From assembly GCA_964187785.1 (NCBI GenBank), contig OZ076409.1, positions 28,522,001 through 28,586,000 on the forward strand: a DNA stretch of 64,000 nucleotides, given 5' to 3'. The position numbers and the translations under genes are program-made. Below, piece by piece: positions 11,301 to 18,700 of this stretch; within the stretch, counting starts at the first letter, position 1, and each line of letters opens with the position of its first letter. Under the pieces are notes generated by a model. The model was not told where the DNA came from, searched no databases, and saw only the letters and a program-made list of their open reading frames with translations. This DNA comes from Amphiscolops sp. MND2022. Lineage: Eukaryota.

Positions 11301-12404
11301 CGTTGCGGTCTCGAATTTCTGTCGTAGAGGGTCTTCTGGTGACGTTGTGGTTGGTATTTCCCGCTGCAGACGCAGTGCGTCGCGTGCAGTGATATCCAGC
11401 TGCCGTTTTTCCGAATGTGTTAGGAGTTCGTGTGTTATTCTCGGTCTCCTTGTTTCTGGTTGTGTGGGTGAGGCAGACAAGGGTTGCGGGATACTGGTCG
11501 AGCTCGATTGTTTACCTTGCATGGTCGCCTCTCTGGCTCGCTTTCCAGCTTTTATTTTCTCCCGGAGGTCTACCACAGTGTTGGCTGCCTTACTTTCAGC
11601 TTTTTGTTGTTCTCGCTGACGTTCTCGGAATTGTGGGTCCATTTGGAAGCCTACTAGGCTAGCTGGTTCTGAGGCTTGTGGAGGTTCCGAGACTTGTGAT
11701 TCGGTTCTGGAGGACGTCTGAGTTAATTCTTCATATGAGTCTTTGAACGTCACCGTTCTCCTGGGCAGTTCTTCGCTCAGGGTAGCACTTGCTGTATTGT
11801 CTACTTGCACCCCTCCCCCCTGAAAGGTAGATGGAGGCATGAAGGTAGAGGATGGGGTGGTCAGTAGGCGAATGCCTTCCGATGCCAGGGGCATGGGCGG
11901 TGTTAGTACTGGGGGTGGCATGATTGGCAGCGTGCAGCTGAACTGCACCGGGTGCGGTGAGGGCAACGGGGTCGTAGTTTGCGTCTGTAACGTCTGTAGT
12001 GCTGATTGTGAAATACGGAGTGATCGTTCTTGGTCCATGGGGGGCCTAGTAGGCTCTCCATAGACTACGTGAGAGCGAGGATCTATGAGGCTGTGGGTCA
12101 AGTCATACCCTTGCCAGGTACCGTCGCGAAAAGTGGCGGAGCGTTCTATCGGGCCGACTCGGCTGGTGATAGTGAAGCTAACATCAGGGTACTCTGCTTG
12201 AGCTTGGGTTTGGGCGATGATCATGGCGAAGCCAGTGATCATTGTGGGTGTCGCTCCGTTTAGTAGAGTGTCTTGGACAAGAGCTAGCTGGTCGACTCGA
12301 CCATCTATTTCGCTCATCATTGGAGGTGGGTCGTTCCTTGTGGATGGTTGGGCACGCGCAGCGTTCTGGGGTGCAGGCAGGCGGTGTCGCGCAGATGGGT
12401 CCAT
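8310..12404 (-). CDS. Element A ORF3 (~1,364 aa from ATG 12404): conserved N-terminal domain, Pro/Ser/Thr-rich linker, SGNH-like domain, unknown C-terminal region
   Basis: Long intact ORF between pol and the 3' LTR, homologous to 32013-36380. Motifs IAFFVDST, LVYSNVIDH, VFMSPPG and SWRP. The track's start at 12452 is TTG. Confidence 0.85.
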   Translation of the reverse strand: MDPSARHRLPAPQNAARAQPSTRNDPPPMMSEIDGRVDQLALVQDTLLNGATPTMITGFAMIIAQTQAQAEYPDVSFTITSRVGPIERSATFRDGTWQGYDLTHSLIDPRSHVVYGEPTRPPMDQERSLRISQSALQTLQTQTTTPLPSPHPVQFSCTLPIMPPPVLTPPMPLASEGIRLLTTPSSTFMPPSTFQGGGVQVDNTASATLSEELPRRTVTFKDSYEELTQTSSRTESQVSEPPQASEPASLVGFQMDPQFRERQREQQKAESKAANTVVDLREKIKAGKRAREATMQGKQSSSTSIPQPLSASPTQPETRRPRITHELLTHSEKRQLDITARDALRLQREIPTTTSPEDPLRQKFETATGTGDLATRQKIEKATVGVLYNRPVKKPVFTRDGCPPWFNRMRAELERVNSTYMRVPDNFLRQCPGRFDEDRLRTKNYARDPITILPMGKDLLQKTRIAFFVDSTMKSSFNSHNTLMDVRIMNMPCTTLNEMAEVTDKVFTQAGTETIPLPPLLVYSNVIDHLALRGTLEFFRPDHERFTEGFVTDEVTNYVETMANIAQTMRRRKAITGTVFMSPPGYVHLPRTLQQFLYLVMEAAYARDLAFYIVAPNLRISNNSWRPCEASYPAFIAEVSKALQSYVGYRGNSQMVVDEATAFDYGMEMARRSLNERGDRIVNDPNESERNNLVDNLWFERRDESTIDEKTHEPKFHKELTNLMKETETIQGDRKNSSIFPIAQISLDAEPGQRSPTLAMLLILAQDIVQRNIQEPTHTYQTWHDQLREPLGQVADRLGITFPVFLHNISPFWLPSLVKAEYGLDEQRMRLYMEAMERATVSELLAYLMAVGLTMMYRGPSALIQKFVLNKGGSALFSFLVFSQNQRGWISALIETLDPAGSLKLKAQLDLNIQALLVWIYSTWVNVSGVMHPLDECPAINRDPNQLPGFLFPTQVATLMLVETEDLIPLIAPVVWPIFGAVMALRHPTQALRVAAVSPSLSILHFVTSDGPLQGPTYQSVIHSFANLRPPMAYTVIKDRQQVEHNYLTLIKARARSSLPLPMEIHPVVWLHTPIDPNNGAVATFEGWDVPVVLRILRTIIQRLGGRRKGEEPTRLLYPYACDTSRIYCTRTEPREHTARILNTITCWAQPELVDLAIHQTFQQLPTTIPTVAKEPSKKDLPVNTDVPSNPRMALEIFVRLHGLQRERTRAVGEEYARGIRTFRQLFTQYGHQELADGLPNLESVEAIPGISDLSEAASGSSRTVFPTPHISQDSNEILVEGAQDDVPGVMPPSEEPMTDNNFTFSDATTPVRDEVETNISNLEAADIESELNNLLTIDEEYQNTVDAMGNTSVQEAPQDQLLE

Positions 12405-12734
12405 TGGAAACGATGATAAAGGAATGTTTAGCACCGAAGATTGTGATGGCAAGACTGATTTGGCGTGATAAGTATGGGGGCCGCGCAGAGGCGAGGCAAC
12501 AGGACAAAACTGAAAAACAGGTCACAGTTGGAGATAAGACATCACATAGACGGGTGGGCAGTTAAACTTTTTAGGACGAACACACAAACACAAGGTTAAA
12601 AAGTTTCAGTGGTTAGTACTAAAATTTGCGCTCGTCGGCGCGGCTTTGTTAAAATTTTAAGGTGCTTCGAATTAACTAAAGGCAGTGCAAAAGGCCAGTG
12701 GCCTGATATGCCAAGTAGAGGGCGAGACGTGCTC

Positions 12735-15700
12735 TTAACTACCGCCAAAATTGGCAGAGGTAATCGATGCTATCGTGACATAGACGCGATCGTGCAAAAT
12801 TATTGTAATGTTGTGGTCTGCAAAGTGGTCGCGTAGTGTGGCGTACCAGGCTGGAAGGAGGTTCATCGATCGCTCAGGATCATAGATGGGCAAGTGGATT
12901 CTGGTAATGTGGTTTCGATGGAGCTGGGTTATCAAATTTGTCAAACACGCATGGAGTACTTCATGTAAGAGTGGATGCTTGTTCGATGCTCTGGTACATA
13001 GAAGGAAGATTTCGTTATTCCAGGGTGCAGTTGGCGAGCGGGTTAAGCGAATTGCGGTGCCAACTGACGGTCTTAGACGAAATATGTTTTCTTGACCGTA
13101 TTCGCGAATGACGTAACGGATTGTGGCAGAGTAAGAGAGCAAATCCGCAGGGCAGCATAGTATCACAGTGCCAGGTGCCTGCAGGATATCTGTATTGTCA
13201 TAACTTATCCAAGGTAAGTAATTCGGTCTGGTTTTGGGCTGGGTTATGAGCCATTTGCCGGTGGTTTTGCTCTGATCATCGGTGGGTCGGGGTGCCAAAT
13301 GCTGCAAGATTGCTTTTCGGTCTTCCCAGACGGTTCGGCGTAGAGGTCTATCTCCCAAGTTTGTAGATGACCAATCGTGTACTATCGAGAGTGCTTCGCT
13401 AACTGTGACGGGTTTTTCTGGTGTATAAAATTGTCGATCCAGGAAGTGTATCTTCGCCTGCCGGCAGAAGACGACCGCTATTAATTGTAGCCAATGTTGG
13501 CTTAGGAACTTGCCACGATAAATATCGGCCATGTGGAAACAAAGCGTGTTCTCAGGTTCGGTTACTGTACGCAAGCTTTCTAAGCACATCAGTAAAGTTG
13601 TGGGAGATACCAATGTCGTTGCGTCTAGAGAGGTGACAAGTAGCCACCAACCAATGGTGGGCTGATATATGTCTCCCGGTGGGGAGACAATGTGATATTT
13701 CTCCCACAGTTGGTGTGCAGTGATACAGCGAATCATCTCCGGGCTATTATCCTCTTTCGCTAGCTCGCCGAACGTCATCGAGGGTGGCAAAGGCGGTATG
13801 ATGGCATGTAGGGTGAATTCTAGACCGCCTCGATGGGGAGGTGTCCATTCTTTGAATCGGTAAGTCGGGCAGTCGGAGGGAGATGTCGCGTGCATTGCTT
13901 TGAGTGTTTCTTCCAGCGGTGGTATCACTTCTCGTTCCACACTAGTGAAAGTTTTTTCTACCGTGATGATCAAATGGTGTACTAGCGGGGGTGTCTCCAC
14001 TTTTTCTCGCTGGGCTTGCACGGTTAAGATCTCATGTTGTGGGTGACAATGTGTCCTGGCCATCAAGAGATCCCTGGCAGGGACTACCGCTCCCCGGGCC
14101 AATCGGTTGTCCGGTGAATCGCGAGTTAGATGCTTGACGCAACTACAGTTGCGGGAACCACAGGTTCCACACTTGTATCGTGGTGCTCTATTGGCTCGCA
14201 GTTGATATCGTGATGTTCGCGATGGTGGTCTCGGTTCTGAGTCCTGGACATCTGGTGGTTGTTGGCTTTCGGGTATTTCTGGTAGAGTCATCGCTCGGTC
14301 TAATTTTCGAGGGGGTGCACGAGTGCTCATTCTTGTCCTAGGGCCTCTTCTGGATCGTGCGGTTTGGGTTCGCGACGATGTCGTGGTTCTACTGGATGGT
14401 ATAGCGCGGGGTCGTCCTCGACCTGTTGGTCGGCCTCGAGGCCGTCCTCTGCGATTCGTGGTATCGGGTTGTGTTGAGCAATGGCTTGGACTGCGATAGG
14501 TTATCTCTTCTTCGTTCTCAGTTTCTGACTTTGGTTTAATTTCTATCGGGTCGATTGGGTCCTCTAATTGGGGGCCAAACAAGGGAAAGTTACTCAGGGT
14601 GTCCGTTAGGGACGGATTGGATAGTAGGGGGGCTGAGGTCCCTGAGGGTGATGGTATCAGACTTGTAGGTACGGCTGGCTGAATTTCCTCCTGGTCGGAG
14701 TACAGTGGTTCTAGGTCGTCCAAGTCGGGGAACACTACTGGCGGTGGTGGGCTCTGGATCGGCGGCTCATTTTCTTCTCTTTCGGAATCTGAGTTAGAGG
14801 GGTATCCGAAGTGGCTGAATCTTCTTCGGGGTATTCCTTGCTCGAGTGCCGTTTGGGTACGAGTCTGAATGGTACGAGGTGGAATCGATCCTGTTGGTTC
14901 CATTTCGAAGGATGCTTCCGGAAGTTGTTCCGGTAGGAAAGAGTCTTGGGAGATGTCGGACGCTATCTCTTCATTGCTTTCTTCTACGTACGGATCAGCA
15001 ATAATGGCTACGTTTTGATCCGGCCCAAAGGGCTGGTGTGCGGCCCAGTCCCAAGGGGCAGGCACGTGCTTTTTTAATCTTTCGTAATGGACCTTTTGGC
15101 CTGTGTCTAACACATATAATCGTCCGTCCTGTAACACGTCAGTCACCTTGTGGGGTCCACGCCATGCGCGAATCAGCTTGCGGGTGCCACCCTTGGGTAT
15201 GATATGGCAGAATACCCACACCGCATCGCCTACGGTGTGCGCCTTAGCTTTCAGGTGGCGGTCAAACTTCAGCTTCTGCCGTAGCTGTGCTTGGTGTGTA
15301 TTTCTTCTGACAAGTTCATGGATTTCTTGTTGTCTGGCTAGAAGATGTTCTACAAATTCTTCTTTGGAATCGAATCCTCGCGCAGCAAATTCTGGGTAGA
15401 TGAATGACAAGGGAATGGATTTCTCGGCTCCGTGTTGGAGCATATAGGGAGAGAATCCCGTGGTTGCGTGTCTAGTTGAATTGTACGCACCGAGGATTCC
15501 ATCAATATGCTCATCCCAATCCTGCATTCGTCGCGAAGTGTAGACTCTTAGCAGTGTGAGTAATGTTCGGTTCTGCCTTTCCACGAGTCCATTCCCTCGA
15601 GGATGCGCTGGAGTGGATGTCACTTTAGTGACTTGCGAGGCTTTCATTAGCTCTTGTGCGATTTCAGCTGTGAAATTCGTGGCATTGTCGGATTGCATGC

Positions 15701-18700
15701 GTGCTGGAGTGCCGTGTCTGGCAAACCATTTATTAAGGATGATCTTAGCTGTGGTTTGAGCATCATATTCGTCGTGGGCACACGGAACAGCCTCGGCGAA
15801 TTTCGTGAAGTGGTCTATCATGACTAAGAGACCGGTGTTTCCCGATTCGGTCTTGCATAGTTTGAGGTGGTCGAATTGCACTAGGTCGTTGAAATTGCTG
15901 CTATTGATGTTCTGCAAGGGGTAGCAAGGGTTCCCGGCGGGGTGTTTTGTTTGCTGGCAGGTTAAGCAGTGCTTAATGTGATTGACTATGTCACGCTTAA
16001 TGCCCGGCCAGGTGTGCCGCTCTTGTACTCTCGCTAGCACCTTCCCTACGCCCTGATGTCCCGATTCGTCGTGTGCCCTATACAGAATCTCGTGTTGGTA
16101 TAGTTGTGGCATGACTATCATACACGGTCGCACGTGCAGCGCACGTTGTTGCGGAACGTAGTTGACGCAGAGGATGTCGTCTGGGTTCAGGAAGAGCAGG
16201 TCTTTCTTTTGATGGAAGTAGCGTCGCGCGAAGTCCTGCACGTCTTCGGGGAACATTGTTTCTTCCAGTGGTTCGCCGTTCATGAGTTTCCTCAGCGCTA
16301 GGAGGTGCACGTCCCTATTTTGTGCTAGGTGCAGGTCCTTGAGGCCACGTCTAGTCAGAAAGTGTTCATGCAGCTCTGTCCCAACTGTTCTAAGGGCGTT
16401 GGCTTGTGTTTGGCATTCGGGTGGCATCTCTTCAAGCACAGGATCAGGTTCTCCAGTGTCTAGGCGTGCCGGTGGCACTTTGGTCGTGATGCTGAGGATG
16501 TGACTCGGTCGGTGATCCTCGTCTGTGGTGGGTGTCGCTTCCCACTGTATTTGGGGGTACCATGGGGCATCATTCACCGGGGTTTCTTGCAAGCTCGTTT
16601 TGGGCCTTTTTCCCAAGATATACAGCAGTGGGAGTTGGGCTCGAGCTTCCGGCGGGAGCTCTGGATGGTTTGGTATTGGGCGTCCGTGTTTGTCAAAGTA
16701 TGGCACGGTGGGGAGTGCTTCATAGTCTTCTTTGGTCATGAAGTTGAATCCTTCACTCACTTCCGGTAACTTCTCGAGGATTTTCTCCCGGTGCACATAG
16801 TCGTTGGTCCGTTTGCTGAGGCCGTCCACGTTTCGATGCTGTGTGCGAGGTCGGTGGATCGTCTTGAAGTTGTATTGATCCAGACGGGCTATCCAGCGAC
16901 CTATCATGGCTTGGTCCATGGAGTACGTTTTAAGCCATGACAGGGCCTGATTGTCCACACGGAGCGTGAACTCTCGGCCTGCGAGATATGAGTGGAATTT
17001 CTCTATGAAGTAAAATACTGCGTACATCTCCAACTTGGGTGCTCCATAGTTCAGCTGCGTCTTCGTTAGGGATTTGCTCCCGAAGACTATTGGCCGTAAA
17101 ATAGTTTTCCCATTGTGTTCTTGTTCCTGGTGCAGGATTCCAGCTATCGCTACCGCACTAGCATCGGTATCGAGCACGAATCGTCCGTCTTCATTTGGGG
17201 CTGCCAAGGCGGTCGCGTTTGCTAGTGCTTCCTTTACTGCATCGAAGGCTTCTTGGTGTTTTATTTCCCAGTGGAAATGCTGACTTTTCTTGAGCAACTC
17301 TTGCAGGGGTTGCACTTTGGCTGCATGAAACAGTACAAAGTCTCGGTAATAGTTTGCAAACCCTAGGAAGCTCTGAAGCTCCTCTTTGTTTCTCGGGGGC
17401 ATCCATTCTTGGATTTTGACTATTGCTTCGGGGTCTGGTCTGATGCCTTCCGAGGACACCACTCGCCCCAGGTACTTTGTCTCCGTGCGCATGAAATCAC
17501 ATTTCTCGGCACGCATCTTGAATCCAGCCTCTCGGAGACACTCGAATACTTCCTTGATTCGTACGATGTGGTCTTCTATGGTTTCCGTGGCGATAACTAT
17601 GTCGTCAATGTAAGCCATGACGACACTCCCGTGTCGCTGCTGGATCCGTTGCAGGGCTCGTGTAATGGAGCGCTGAAATGTGGCCGATGCATTGCATAGC
17701 CCAAAGGGCATGCGCCGCCATTCGAACAATCCCAGTTCGCAGGCAAATGCTGTTTTCCTTCTATCGCGCTTCTTTAGCGGTATCTGCCAGAAGGCCCATG
17801 CTAGGTCAATACTTGTGAAAATTTTCGCATTGCCTATCCGGGATAGACTTTCATCAATCCTGGGCAATGGGAACGCGTCCTTGACCGTTACGTCGTTGAG
17901 CGGTCGGAAGTCACAGCAGAAGCGAAGTTCGCCTGTTTTCTTTTTGACCATGACTATTCCGCTTGCCCACGGTGAATAGGAGGGTTGAATTAGGCCAAGG
18001 GCCAGTAGATTCCGCACCTCTTGATTAGCCTTTGCTGCCTTATCTGGGGACATGCGCCGAGCGCCTTCTCTATGCGGGATAGCTTCCGGCTCTAGTTCTA
18101 TACGATGTTTCGCTATTTTGCATCTCCCTATGTCAGCTTTATGTTTCATAAAAAGGTCATCGTACTCGCTCAGGACGCTTGCTAGTTGATCTCTCGCTCC
18201 CTCCCCCCATGAAGAAAGGACGGAAGAAAGGTCTGGACCTGGTATAGGTTTTAGTAATTGTGGGTCAGTCTGAGCACGCTTCTCGCTTTCCAATAATCCT
18301 TCTTCAGATATCTCAGTAGAGGACAAGAAGTTTTGAGCAAAAGAACTATATTCTGAACTCGTTTCGTTTAACCACTCTTCGGTATAAACTCTATTGACTT
18401 GTTCAAACAAAGGTTTATCAATTTCGGTAGCCGTGTCGGCAGCTACAGGTTGTAACACAAAGCTTGTAGGTTCTGCCTTACCGAGGACAGTTTTGGTTTG
18501 AATGGTTACGTTTTCAGAGGGGGTAGTGTTTCGTAGGGCTATGAAGACAATGCCTTCATCTCCAACAGACGTCAATGTATCTTCTGAAACAAAGGGGGAT
18601 CGTTTATATACCCCCTGGGGGCGAATCATTACGTTTCGGAAAAGGTACTCGTTGTGCTTTTGAGAAATAACTTGGGCTCGTACTAGCTTACGCTCGTAAG

